A stretch of 64,000 bases of DNA from Macrostomum lignano (taxonomy: Eukaryota), in the NCBI GenBank assembly GCA_002269645.1, contig NIVC01000365.1, forward strand, positions 62,001 to 126,000, written 5' to 3'. Position 1 is the first letter of the stretch. Every line of letters begins with the position of its first letter. The notes beneath the pieces were generated by a model. It was not told where the DNA came from. It saw only the letters and a program-made list of their open reading frames with translations, and ran no database searches. Below are positions 12,171 to 26,800 of this stretch, one piece after another. The position numbers and the translations under genes were made by a program.

Positions 12171-14300
12171 AGGTGCAGCCAAGCTGAGGTACTGCGCTTC
12201 AATCTTTAACTCTTGCTAGGCATTGAATTTTACAGCTGTGAGCTGGGGCGACTCGCAGCAAGCCGACCTGCTCAATCTGCCTGTCTCCAATCGATAGCCG
12301 TCTCAAGTTCGTCCGATACTACTTAGGAGAAAAATAAGAGTAGTTTGAAACTATGAAATTCTTTCCAAAGCTTTCCCCAGTTCGGTTGTTGCTGCGGACC
12401 GGCTGTGTTTTACTAACTTAAGCCTGCCGTTATGAGTTAATATAATAAACAGTTGCTAATTGTTACTAAAGAAATTAATTTATAATTATTATATATATAT
12501 ATTAATAACGAGACTCGAACAGAGCGGGTCGGCTTGCCGTTAATCCATCCCCGTGTGAGCCGCTGCTACTGACCAGCTGATTAAATTCATTTTCATCCAT
12601 TATTAACCAACAGCAATGTTTATAACGACAGCATATTGTTCTTCATCCTTCAAGATTTCGGCTAACCAACTGCAAACACTCACTGCTGCTGCTGCTGGGG
12701 CTGGAGAACCTGTGCGGTTTTAACTTTAAACAACTGACTAAACTCATTTTTTACTGACAGCTCTGCTTATGATTGGCGCTTTATTTAATTAAATATCAAC
12801 TCAAAATTAACACAATTTTATCCCTTAATTTGAACTTCTAGTTAACAGTACCCTAAGTACTATTTTCTTTTGTTTTTTTAGGCGTCGCACTTCAAAACAG
12901 TTTAAGAATCTATTAAAACTCCAGTGCTCTCTGTGATAATTTTAACAAGAATTTTCTTATCGAACTTCTGACTTACCAAAGTTTCGCTACACATAATGCT
13001 CCGTATTTGCTTTTTATGTACTCATTACTAATAGTAGCGCACTGCGGATTGGAAATCTCAATTCATAATTTCTCTTAGGGCCCAAGCTGGTACTTTTTAA
13101 CCCTTTTTAATTAATTGTACGCTTTGTAAAAATTCGATTCTTTTAATTCGAGCTTCACGAATCTCATTAATTATTTATTAGATAATTAAATAACAGTACC
13201 GTCTGACTGACTGAACTTACTAAGTGCCTATCTACCCTGTGTCCCCTGTAACATAGCGACCCATCCACCGTGTGTTTATCAGCTGGAGCTGGGCATGGGC
13301 TCCGCTCCTTTGTTGCTCAACTCAATAACAATAACAGGCCTGCTTCCAATCCCCATTGTAATCTGCTCTGGTTTTTTGTTTTCTGTTTCTGAAATTCTGA
13401 AGAAAGCAAAGATTAACAAAAGCCTTATTTGTTTGGCAAAATTTCTAATTTCAACTGCTTTTTGTGTTTAAAATCTCACTTACTACTCGTGAGATTTAGT
13501 GAGTAGTGCGAGCACAGGCCAGGCCTCGCCACTGCACGTCACACCCCACCCAAACTCTGTAGCTGCACGAACCGATACTATATTTAGTTTTAACCCCAAC
13601 TCACTCTGCTCACCTCAGTAGTAGCAATTGCTATGCGTGTTTTTTCCGATTGAACAATTCGTTGCTAATTTTATAAAACCGCACCGCAGCAATTGTGTCG
13701 GGTTTCTCATTGACGATTTTGCTAAACCAGAACGGAATGTTTATGATATTTCAATCCACAATATTATAATAACAAATACCTTTGCTAACGAGGATCTTTC
13801 TTCATTGGCTCCTGTTTTAATCAAAACGATTTTTAAAAACTCGACCAGTGTCGATTATTAACTTTATTTAATCCCGAGCTTAGTAATCCGAGAGGTCTTG
13901 CAACTAAAAATGTCGCACCAAATGAGTAACTATTATTAATAATGAAGCTACTAATTTTTGTTGCTAACTGACTGGCTTGCTCAACAGTTGCCTGCACCAG
14001 CTGCTCAGAGTTGTGATAAAAAATGACGATTTATTGTTCGTAACCAACTCATCCCGACTAGCATTTTATATTAGGCCTAGCATTTTTTGTCGCCTACTTC
14101 ACTACTAATAATACTACTAAACGAGTAGAGTGGCTTGCAGTTTGATGCTATTTTATAATAATTTAATTTAACTTTATCAGCCGGTCCGAAGTGAAATTGC
14201 GTTGGTTGAAAAGTTGCTTAGATGGGTAATTTCGTGCTCAGGATGTCGTCGTCCAGAATCTGTTGAATTCGAAGGTACACGGGTACTGGAGGCATAACTA
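12171..14300 (+). promoter_or_regulatory. Probable long AT-rich qki 3'UTR with Quaking response elements
   Basis: TACTAAY at 12411, 13026, 13949 and 14103. The 12411 and 13949 sites have nearby TAAY half-sites. The UTR extent is inferred. Confidence 0.45.
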
Positions 14301-14843
14301 TAGCAATTTCCTGAACCTCGCCTCACTTGGTTGCTTTATGCTCAATTTGTTCATTTTAGTTTTTAAAACAATCTAAATCTCAAGTTTTAACAATTTGCAC
14401 GGAGAAAATGAAGAGAACTTCTATATGGCAGTGAAACAGTGACCTGTTTTGGGCCTAACGAAAAAAATTCAAATTGTGGAGCAAACGAAATCACGCTCGT
14501 GCCCAAAGTTATTGACGAGTTTTAATTTGCCAAATCAGAGTTACAAAGCAAGGAAGTTACCCTCAGAATCTATCTGAGAGGCGTTCTTTTCCGTTGCACA
14601 AGGTAGGGTGTACAACAATTGTACATGCAGTTATTGATCCAACCAATCAGAGTTGGTCCAGTTCAGTTTGATGTACCTTGTTGCTTACACTTACAACTTG
14701 CTGGTTGATATATATATATCACAGATATATATACATAGTACTTATAGTATGCTGTCTGCTAATGGATACGAGTGCGGTGGAAAATGTTGACCTGATTTCA
14801 ATCGCTATTCAAAATCTTCGCTGATGAAGGCGGCCAGTCTTCA

Positions 14844-17800
14844 TCAATTTCTGTCAATCAGAGGGGGCAGCTGGCCGGTCTCAGCCAGCAGGGCGACGAC
14901 CAGGAAGGCCAGGTACAGCACAATCAGGATGATGCCGTAGACGCGGCCGAGCTTGAACCGCATCACGGTCAGGTACACCATGGAGACGATCAGGCTAGCC
15001 GTCACCGACACCACCAGCAGCAGCTGCACCACCGAAGCCTCGATCTGCGGGGCGATGGACAAGGAGTGGGGGAGGCTAATTTGAATCAATGATCAGGGAG
15101 GCTTTGAGTCAATGACAAAGGCTCTGAGTCAATGACAAAGGCTCTGAATCAACGAGGGAGGCTCTGAGTCAATGACAAAGGCTCTGAGTCAACGAGGGAG
15201 GCTCTGAGTCAACGAGGAGGCTCTGAGTCAATGACAAAGGCTCTGAGTCAATGACAAAGGCTCTGAATCAACGAGGGAGGCTCTGAGTCAATGACAAAGG
15301 CTCTGAGTCAATGACAAAGGCTCTGAGTCAACGAGGAGGCTCTGAGTCAATGACAAAGGCTCTGAGTCAACGAGGAGGCTCTGAGTCAATGACAAAGGCT
15401 CTGAGTCAACGAGGGAGGCTCTGAGTCAACGAGGAGGCTCTGAGTCAATGACAAGGGCTCTGAGTCAACGAGGAGGCTCTGAGTCAATGACAAAGGCTCT
15501 GAGTCAATGACAAAGGCTCTGAATCAACGAGGGAGGCTCTGAGTCAATGACAAAGGCTCTGAGTCAACGAGGGAGGCTCTGAGTCAATGACAAAGGCTCT
15601 GAGTCAATGACAAAGGCTCTGAGTCAATGACAAAGGCTCTGAGTCAACGAGGGAGGCTCTGAGTCAATGACAAAGGCTCTGAGTCAACGAGGGAGGCTCT
15701 GAGTCAACGAGGAGGCTCTGAGTTAATGACAAAGGCTCTGAGTCAATGACAAAGGCTCTGAGTCAACGAGGGAGGCTCTGAGTCAACGAGGAGGCTCTGA
15801 TTTAATGACAAAGGCTCTGAATCAACGAGGGGGCTCTGAGTCAACGACAAAGGCTTTGAGTCAATGAGGGAGGCTCTGGGTCAGTGGGTAAGTCGATGGC
15901 GGCAAGCTAAGGTGAGGCAGTGTGTCGGAGTCACCACTGACTCACCCGCATTTCTGTGGTGCCGTCGCTGAGCAGTTTGATGGTGAAGGGGATGCCGACG
16001 CCCAGCAGCAAGTTGAACAGCGGGCCGCCGAAGCAGGCCGAGATGGCCACGCGGGGGAAATTCTGCCGGGCCAGCACCGTGTTGGCGATCACGTCTGCGG
16101 GATGGCGGCTCCGGCTGTTGACCCAGCTCATTGCGACTGTATGACCCAGCTCATTGCGACTGTATGACCCAGCTCATTGCGACTGTATGGCCCAGCTCAT
16201 TGCGACTGTATGGCCCAGCTCATTGCCACTGTATGACCCAGCTCATTGCCACTGTATGACCCAGCTCATTGCCACTGTATGACCCAGATCATTGCGACTG
16301 TATGGCCCAGATCATTGCGACTGTATGTCCCAGCTCATTGCCACTGTATGGCCCAGCTCATTGCGACTGTATGGCCCAGCTCATTGCCACTGTATGACCC
16401 AGCTCATTGCGACTGTATGACCTAGCTCATCCCGACTGTATAACCCAGCTCATTGCGTCTGGCTCTCCCTGATTCCATCTGACTCTTCCTGTCTATCTGA
16501 CTCTCCCTGAGTCTATCTGACTCTCCCTGAGTCTATCTGACTCTCCCTGTGTCTATCTGACTCTCCCTGAGTCTATCTGACTCTCCCTGAGTCTATCTGA
16601 CTCTCCCTGAGTCTGTCTGACTCTCCCTGAGTCTATCTGACTCTCCCTGAGTCTGTCTGACTCTCCCTGAGTCTGTCTGACTCTCCCTGTGTCTATCTGA
16701 CTCTCCCTGAGTCTGTCTGACTGTCTCTGATTTAATCTGACTCTCATCCGCTAGCCCGATTCATCGGAGGCCCCCCTTCTCTCTCTCCCTCTCGCACCTC
16801 CGATGGAGTTCGCCCAGGCCAGCACGGTGAGCCCCAGAATGGTGCTGCTGATCCGAAAGATGGAGCCGACGCTCTCCAGGATGTTGACGACCTCGTTGGC
16901 AAACGTGTAGATCCACACGATGGCCGTCAGGAAGCCGATGAAGGCGAACGCTGCGTGATATTTCGGCGGCTCAAAGTCGGACGAGGTGAAGTAGACCAGG
17001 ATGCCCAGGGCGATGCCAACGATCAGCACGATGACCACGATGGGGAAGCCGCCACCGCCTTCGAATGGGATCATCCAGTTATAGCCTGGGGGAATTGGGG
17101 GCGGGGAAACCAGTCAGACAAGGCTGGGTTGTTGATCTCTGCTTGGGTACTGTGGGTGTCTGTGAGTTTCTGTGGGTTTCTGTGGGTTTCTGTGGGTTTC
17201 TGTGGGTTTCTGTGGGTGTCTGTGGGTGTCTGTGGGTTTCTGTGGGTGTCTGTGGGTTTCTGTGGATGTCTGTGGGTGTCTGTGGGTTTCTGTGGGTGTC
17301 TGGGTGTCTGTGGGTGTCTGTGGGTGTATGTTGGTGTCTGTGGGTTTCTGTGGGTATCTGGGTGTCTGTGGGTTTCTGTGGGTGTCTGTGGGTTTCTGTG
17401 GGTGTCTGTGGGTTTCTTTGAGTGTCTGTGGGTGTCTAGGTGTCTGTGGGTTTCTGTGGGTGTCTGTGGGTTTCTGTGGGTGTTTGGGTGTCTGTGGGTG
17501 TCTGGGTTGTCTGTGGGTGTCTGTGGGTGTATGTTGGTGTCTGTGGGTTTCTGTGGGTATCTGGGTGTCTGTGGGTTTCTGTGGGTGTCTGTGGGTTTCT
17601 GTGGGTGTCTGTGGGGTTCTTTGGTTGTCTGGGTGTCTGTGGTTTCTGTAGATGTCTGTGGGTTTTTGTAGGTGTCTGTGAGTTTCTGTGGGTTTCTGTG
17701 GGTTTCTATGGGTGTCTGTGATTGTCTATGGGTATCTTTATGGGTGTGTATAGGTTCTATAGGTTGTCTATGGGTGTCTATAGGTGTCTATGTGGGTGTC

Positions 17801-20800
17801 TATGTGGATTGTCTATGGGTGTCTATGTGGGACTGTGGGTATCTACATGTATGGGTATCTATGTGGTTGTCCATGGATGTCTATGTGGGTGTCTATGGAT
17901 ATGTCTAAGCAAAGCGGATATATAAATAATGTAGATTGATAGGTAGGGCTCGTATCTACCTGTAGTTAATTATCTGTAATTAACATGTCAAATATTCTAT
18001 AGTAGATCAGCTAGAATGTATCATAGAACAGAAAAGGGTCTTAATGATTATCTAGAAATAGACTCAATAAATTTCAATTCAATTGTGAGACCGTTGTTAT
18101 TCAATGAACCCGTAGCTTTTGTCACTGAATGTGCACCGTGTCTCTGCTCACCTTTGAATGCCAGGGCGATGAAGACCGGGGCGATAGCACAGTGCACGGA
18201 GTTCAGAATGCGGCTCCACCCGTTCAGCGGCTGGTCATAATCCACGAAAGGGGTGGACAGCAGCAGAAGGAACAGCAGTGGCGCCTGGGGAGACGTGAAT
18301 CGAGACGAGTCGCGTGCTGAATAGTGCTGTGAGCTTGTACGAGCGTACATTTAACGTTCCTTCTTTTCCCAGAAGCTAGAGACGTATATTAAATTCTTTC
18401 CTCTTCGGAGGCTAGAGATGTACATTCAATTCCTACCTTCCCCAGAGGCTAGAGATGTACATTCAATTCCTTCCTTCCCCAGAGGCTAGAGATGTACATT
18501 CAATTCCTTCCTTCCCCAGAGGCTAGAGATTTACATTCAATTCCTTCTTTCCCCAGAGGCTAGAGATGTACATTCAATTTCTAACTTCCCCAGAGGCTAG
18601 AGATGTACATTCAATTCCTTCCTTCCCCAGAGGCTAGAGATGTATATTCAATTCCTACCTTCCCCAGAGGCTAGAGATGTATATTCAATTCCTACCTTCC
18701 CCAGAGGCTAGAGATGTATATTCAATTCCTTCTTTCCCCAGAGGCTAGAGATTTACATTCAATTCCTTCCTTCCCCAGAGGCTAGAGATATACATTCAAT
18801 TCCTACCTTCCCCAGAGGCTAGAGATGTACATTCAATTCCTTCCTTCCCCAGAGGCTAGAGAAGTACATTCAATTCCTACCTTCCCCAGAGGCTAGAGAT
18901 GTACATTCAATTCCTTCCTTCCCCAGAGGCTAGAGATGTATATTCAATTCCTTCTTTCCCCAGAGGCTAGAGATTTACATTCAATTCCTTCCTTCCCCAG
19001 AGGCTAGAGATATACATTCAATTCCTACCTTCCCCAGAGGCTAGAGATGTACATTCAATTCCTTCCTTCCCCAGAGGCTAGAGATGTACATTCAATTCCT
19101 TCCTTCCCCAGAGGCTAGAGATGTACATTCAATTCCTTCCTTCCCCAGAGGCTAGAGATGTACATTCAATTCCTTCTTTCCCCAGAGGCTAGAGATTTAC
19201 ATTCAATTCCTTCCTTCCCCAGAGGCTAGAGATATACATTCAATTCCTACCTTCCCCAGAGGCTAGAGATGTACATTTAATTCCTTCCTTCCCCAGAGGC
19301 TAGAGATGTACATTCAATTCCTTCCTTCCCCAGAGGCTAGAGATGTACATTCAATTCCTTCCTTCCCCAGAGGCTAGAGATGTACATTCAATTCCTTCCT
19401 TCCCCAGAGGCTAGAGATGTACATTCAATTCCTTCCTTCCCCAGAGGCTAGAGATGTACATTCAATTCCTTCCTTCCCCAGAGGCTAGAGATGTATATTC
19501 AATTCCTTCTTTCCCCAGAGGCTAGAGATTTACATTCAATTCCTTCCTTCCCCAGAGGCTAGAGATGTACATTCAATTCCTAACTTCCCCAGAGGCTAGA
19601 GATGTATATTCAATTACTTTCAACTCGAATCGCCATTCGCACCTTAATAATCTCGTAGACTTTATTGTACCAGGTCATCTCAGGAAATTCCTCCAGATCC
19701 ACAGGCACCAGGCTGTAGAGAAACTCTTTGATGGGGCTCTGGTTCTCGTCAACCTCATCGTCCTCTCCAGCGTCCTGCCGCTCGGCGGCGGCAGCTTCTT
19801 GTGCCGCCGCGGCGGCCTCTCTCTCCTCCCGCTCCCGCTGGCGCTCCTCCATCATGCGCTGCTCGTTGAGGCGGTTCAGCCGGTCCACGGTGTCATCGTC
19901 CAGGGCCTCGTCAACTGACTCGATTCGGTACAGCTGGCGCTTGCGGTTCTCATCTTCTGAATGGGGAGATTGCAGCAATTCGAGTGCAGATGCTCTTGGC
20001 AACAGCTCAGCCTCAGAGTTGAGTAGAGAAGGACGAGCTTTTATTGCTAGAAGAACTTAATGATGCATCATATATTTATATAGATGCTAGACTGGGCTGC
20101 CTTGTCAGCTGCAATACAACCAACTACAATGTATTGTACAATAGACAGAATTTTCTTAATACGTTAATTCCAGAAAAAAATAGCAGAGCATTAGGACACA
20201 GCTCATTGTGACTGTATGACCCAGCTAACCCCCTTTCAAATCTCCCCTGGTTCTCCCCCTGATTATATTTGACTCTCCCTGATTCTGCCTGACTCTCCCT
20301 GATGCCGTCTGACTTTCCCTGATTCTATTTGACTCTTTCTGATTCTGTCTGACTCTCCCTGATTCTATTTGACTCTTTCTGATTCTGTCTGACTCTCCTT
20401 GATTCTGTCTGACTCTCCCTGACTCTGTCTGACTCTGTCTGACTCTGTCTGACTCTCCCTGACTCTATTTGACTTTCCCTGATTCTGTCTGACTCTCCCT
20501 GATTCTATTTGACTCTCCATGATTCTGTCTGACTCTCCCTGACTCTGTCTGACTCTCTCTGACTCTCCCTGATTCAATCTGACTCTCCTTACTTATAGTA
20601 AGAATAGCAGATGATTACATTTATGAAGTTAGTAATAAAGCATTTTTACTTGATTCTCTACTGAAAGTAGAAGTATAGGAAAAATACCTTAAAATGCCAC
20701 CAATTAAATAAAAACTAATAAGTTCTTAATTAGTCACGACTCAACAATCAGCTATCTAGAAGATGTACTAGCAGAGATAAAAATGTCATGACATACCATC

Positions 20801-23800
20801 TTCTTCCTCTTGCTGTGGCTGCGGCGCAGGTGGGGATGGCGGCTGACGCGTCTGGCTAACCCTCTGCTGCTGCTTCGAGAGCTTTCTCGCTTGCTGCTCG
20901 CTTTCTTTCTTCTGGAAATAAGCTGACGCGGCTGAAAGCACCAGACGGGGCCGGCAGTTCATTTTTACTCTGCGTCAGTTTATGTCATCGATATGACCAT
21001 GCAAACAGATTGCGCAATATTAAAATTTGTTGGCTTCTTTAATTTCGTTAAATATGCATATTCAATCACTATGCTCTAATGTTATTGGCTGTATGTTAAA
21101 TCTCTCCCCACGAGTCTATGGACGAGTCCCACGATTCAATCCTTTTCCTAACGACTCTCCAGATGTAGATTCAATCCCTCTCCCTTACGAGTCTGGATGT
21201 ACATTCAATCTCTCTCCCCCACGAGTCTATGGATGTACATTCAATACCTCTCCCCCACGAGTCTGCAGATTTACATTCAATCCCTCTCCCCCACGAGTCT
21301 GCAGATGTAGATTCAATCCCTCTCCCCAACGAGTCTGCAGATGTACATTCAATCCCTCTCCCTCACGAGTCTGCAGATGTACATTCAATCCCTCTCCCTC
21401 ACGAGTCTGCAGATGTACATTCAATCCCTCTCCCTCACGAGTCTGCAGATGTACATTCAATCCCTCTCCCTCACGAGTCTGCAGATGTAGATTCAATCCC
21501 TCTCCCCCACGAGTCTGCAGATGTACATTCAATCCCTCTCCCTCACGAGTCTGGATGTAGATTCAATCCCTCTCCCCCACGAGTCTGCAGATGTAGATTC
21601 AATCCCTCTCCCTCACGAGTCTGGATGTAGATTCAATCCCTCTCCCCCACGAGTCTGCAGATGTAGATTCAATCCCTCTCCCCCACGAGTCTGCAGATGT
21701 AGATTCAATCCCTCTCCCCCACGAGTCTGCAGATGTACATTCAATCCCTCTCCCCCACGAGTCTGGATGTAGATTCAATCCCTCTCCCTCACGAGTCTGG
21801 ATGTAGATTCAATCCCTCTCCCCCACGAGTCTGCAGATGTACATTCAATCCCTCTCCCCCACGAGTCTGCAGATGTACATTCAATCCCTCTCCCCCACGA
21901 GTCTGCAGATGTACATTCAATCCCTCTCCCCCACGAGTCTGCAGATGTACATTCAATCCCTCTCCCCCACGAGTCTGCAGATGTACATTCAATCCCTCTC
22001 CCCCACGAGTCTGCAGATGTACATTCAATCCCTCTCCCCCACGAGTCTGCAGATGTGTCTGCAGTTGCATTCGAGGCAACTCACCGTCCATTCCGAGCCC
22101 GCCGGATAGCTTGTACCCTGGCCGGATCATCGCACTGCCGCTGCTGCCGCCGCCACCGCCGCCGCTGCTAGTGCCTGGCCGGTAGGAATCGGACACCCGC
22201 CTTTCTGCGGGCTGCTGGCGCGCTGCCTGCGGCGGCGGCCGCGCGACGCTCACCGAGCGGGCCGGGGCAGGGCTCGGGGCCGCTGCCGCCGGATGGCCAT
22301 CATGGGACACCTGCGAAGAGGATCGGCTGCGGTGCTCCACCTGCTCCAGGTTTCCGTACACTGGGGGGATGACGTGGGCGGTATGGGATATTTATTTTTT
22401 ACGAACTTACTGAAGAACCACTTTTTGCTGTTTCAAACCCAAGAAAACCCAAGATGGAGTTGAAAATAATCAAGTTTTATAAGTATTGGACCCATAGAAT
22501 CGATGAGACCAGGAACGAACCCAAGACCTATAGATACGAACTCAAGACTCTCTAAAAAGGTATTGGGACTCGTACTCGCAACTTTATGAAAAATGGGATT
22601 CGAATCAAGGACCTCTAGGTAGGACTGGATTAGATCTCAGGACCTTCATGTAGGAGAAGGATTTGATTTCATATTTTGGTGAGACTGAGATTCGAACACA
22701 GGACCGCCAAATAGATCAACCTGAAGTCCCAGCCTCACCCAGCATCCAGCGCGTCAGATAGTTGGCCCGCCGCTCAACTCCCGTGAAGCTGGCGGTGGAC
22801 ACTTTCCGGCCCACTTGCGACCGCTTCCGGCCGCCGGACACAACACCGTCGGCCTCGCCGAAGGACTCCTGGCCGGTACGGGACAGCTTCTGCATCTGGA
22901 CGCGGGACACCCGCTTCATGCGCTCGTCCAGGCGGGACGGCTTCCTCGCCACTGAAGTCTTCGGCGAGCTGTGCACATCGAGCTCTTGGAAACGGCGAGA
23001 CCTGGGCAGGGAGTGAACGGCCTCTCAGTGACCTATCAATCAGCCTGCTAGTGACCTATCAATCAGCCTGTCAGTGACCTATCAATCAGCCTGTCAGTGA
23101 CCCATCAATCAGCCTGCCAGTAACCTATCAATCAGCCTGTCAGTTACCTATCAATCAACCTGTCAGTGACCCATCAATCAGCCTGTCAGTAACCTATCAA
23201 TCAGCCTGTTAGAGACCTATCAATCAGCCTGTCAGTGACCTATCAATCAGCCTGTCAGTGACTCACAATCAGCCTGTCAGTGACCAACCAATCAGCCTGT
23301 CAGTGACCTATCAATCATCCTGTCAGTGACCCATCAATCAGCCTGTTAGTGACCTATCAATCAGCCTGTCAGTGACCCATCAATCAGCCTGTTAGTGACC
23401 TATCAATCAGCCTGTCAGTGACCCATCAACTTGACGCGTCGACACGCAATCGAACTCAAAACTGAACTCATTGAACTCACCGCGCCGTCTTCGACTCGTC
23501 CGGCTCGGCCCGCTGGAGGCCGCCTGGGAAATCCAGCGAGGTGTCGTACCCGGCCGCGGCGTCGGCTTCCATCTCGGAGTTGAAGGCCGGATTGTCGTTG
23601 GCGTAGACTGCGCCGACGTTTTGCTGGATGTCGCTGCGGGAGCGCATGCGGAAGGCTTCGGAACCTCCCGCCGCCGGGTCCTGGAGGTGAATAGGTTGGT
23701 GATTGGATTGGTGAATGGATTGGTGAATGGATTGGTGAATGGATTGGTAAATGTATTGGTGAATGGATTGGTGAATGGATTGGTGAATGTATTGGTGAAC

Positions 23801-26800
23801 GGATTGGAGAATGTATTGGTGAATGGATTGGTGAATGGATTGGTGAATGGATTGGTAAATGTATTGGTGAATGGATTGGTGAATGGATTGGTGAATGGAT
23901 TGGTGAATGGATTGGTGAATGGATTGGTAAATGTATTGGTGAATGGATTGGTGAATGGATTGGTGAATGTATTGGTGAATGGATTGGTGAATGGATTAAT
24001 GAATGGATTTGTGAATGTATTGATGAATGGATTTGTGAATGGATTTGTGAATGGATTTGTGAATGGATAGGTGAATGGATTGGTGAATGGATTTGTGAAT
24101 GTATTGGTGAATGGATTGGTGAATGTGTTGGTGAATGGATTTGTGAATGTATTGGTGAATGGATTTGTGAACGCATTGGTGAATGGATTGGTGAACGGAT
24201 TGGAGAATTTATTGGTGAATGCATTGGTGAATGGATTGGAGAATGTATTGGTGAACGGATTGGTGAATGGATTGGAGAATGTATTGGTGAACGGATTGGA
24301 GAATGTATTGGTGAATGGATTGGTGAATGGATTGGTGAATGGATTGGTAAATAAATTGGTGAATGGATTGGTGAATGGATTGGTGAATGTATTGGTAAAT
24401 GTATTGGTGAATGGATTGGTGAATGTATTGGTGAATGGATTGGTGAATGGATTGGTGAATGTATTGGTGAATGGATTGGTGAATGTATTGGTGAATGGAT
24501 TGGAAAATGGATTGGTGAATGTATTGGTGAATGGATTGGTGAATGGATTAGTGAATGGATTTGTGAATGTATTGGTGAATGGATTGGTAAATGTATTGGT
24601 GAATGGATTGGTGAATGAATTGGTGAATGTATTGGTAAATGTATTGGTGAATGGATTGGTGAATGTATTGGTGAATGGATTGGAGAATGGATTGGTGAAT
24701 GTATTGGTGAATGGATTGGTGAATGGATTAGTGAATGGATTTGTGAATGTATTGATGAATGGATTTGTGAATGGATTTGTGAATGGATTGGTGAATGGAT
24801 TGGTGAATGGATTTGTGAATGTATTGGTGAACGGATTGGAGAATGTATTGGTGAATGGATTGGTGAATGGATTGGTGAATGGATTGGTAAATGTATTGGT
24901 GAATGGATTGGTGAATGGATTGGTGAATGGATTGGTGAATGGATTGGTGAATGGATTGGTAAATGTATTGGTGAATGGATTGGTGAATGGATTGGTGAAT
25001 GGATTGGAGAATGGATTGGTGAATGTATTGGTGAATGGATTGGTGAATGGATTAGTGAATGGATTTGTGAATGTATTGATGAATGGATTTGTGAATGGAT
25101 TTGTGAATGGATTTGTGAATGGATTGGTGAATGGATTGGTGAATGGATTTGTGAATGTATTGGTGAACGGATTGGAGAATGTATTGGTGAATGGATTGGT
25201 GAATGGATTGGTGAATGGATTGGTAAATGTATTGGTGAATGGATTGGTGAATGGATTGGTGAATGGATTGGTGAATGGATTGGTGAATGGATTGGTAAAT
25301 GTATTGGTGAATGGATTGGTGAATGGATTGGTGAATGGATTGGTAAATGTATTGGAGAATGGATTGGTGAATGGATTGGTGAATGTATTGGTGAATGGAT
25401 TGGAGAATGGATTGGTGAATGTATTGGTGAATGGATTGGTGAATGGATTAGTGAATGGATTTGTGAATGTATTGGTGAATGGATTTGTGAATGTATTGGT
25501 GAATGGATTTGTGAATGGATTGGTGAATGGATTTGTGAATGGATTTGTGAATGGATTGGTGAATGGATTGGTGAATGTATTGGTGAATGGATTTGTGAAT
25601 GTATTGGTGAATGGATTTGTGAATGCATTGGTGAATGGATTGGTGAACGGATTGGAGAATTTATTGGTGAATGCATTGGTGAATGGATTGGAGAATGTAT
25701 TGGTGAACGGATTGGTGAATGGATTGGAGAATGTATTGGTGAACGGATTGGAGAATGTATTGGTGAATGGATTGGTGAATGGATTGGTGAATAGATTGGT
25801 AAATGTATTGGTGAATGGATTGGTGAATGGATTGGTGAATGGATTGGTGAATGGATTGGTAAATGTATTGGTGAATGGATTGGTGAATGGATTGGTGAAT
25901 GTATTGGTAAATGTATTGGTGAACGGATTGGAGAATGTATTGGTGAATGGATTGGTGAATGGATTGGTGAATGGATTGGTAAATAAATTGGTGAATGGAT
26001 TGGTGAATGGATTGGTGAATGGATTGGTGAATGGATTGGTGAATGGATTGGTGAATGGATTGGTAAATGTATTGGTGAATGGATTGGTGAATGGATTGGT
26101 GAATGTATTGGTGAATGGATTGGTGAATGTATTGGTGAATGGATTGGAAAATGGATTGGTGAATGTATTGGTGAATGGATTGGTGAATGGATTAGTGAAT
26201 GGATTTGTGAATGTATTGGTGAATGGATTGGTAAATGTATTGGTGAATGGATTGGTGAATGAATTGGTGAATGTATTGGTAAATGTATTGGTGAATGGAT
26301 TGGTGAATGTATTGGTGAATGGATTGGAGAATGGATTGGTGAATGTATTGGTGAATGGATTGGTGAATGGATTAGTGAATGTATTGATGAATGGATTTGT
26401 GAATGGATTTGTGAATGGATTTGTGAATGGATTGGTGAATGGATTGGTGAATGGATTTGTGAATGTATTGGTGAACGGATTGGAGAATGTATTGGTGAAT
26501 GGATTGGTGAATGGATTGGTGAATGGATTGGTGAATGGATTGGAGAATGGATTGGTGAATGTATTGGTGAATGGATTGGTGAATGGATTAGTGAAAATTT
26601 TTGTGAATAGATTGATGAATGTATTGGTGAACGGATTGGTGAATAGATTGGTGAATGGATTAGTGAATGCATTGGTGAATGGATTGGAGAATGTATTGGT
26701 GAACGGATTGGAGAATGTATTGGTGAACGGATTGGTGAATGGATTGGTAAATGGATTGGTAAAAGAAAACATTGAAGGATTGGGCGAAAGAACTCGCCAA

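Noticed and set aside
20911-20914. Alternative NCLX acceptor ttccag|aag at 20911
   Set aside because: Out of phase with the upstream donor and leads to a TAG; the acceptor giving exon start 20931 restores the frame.
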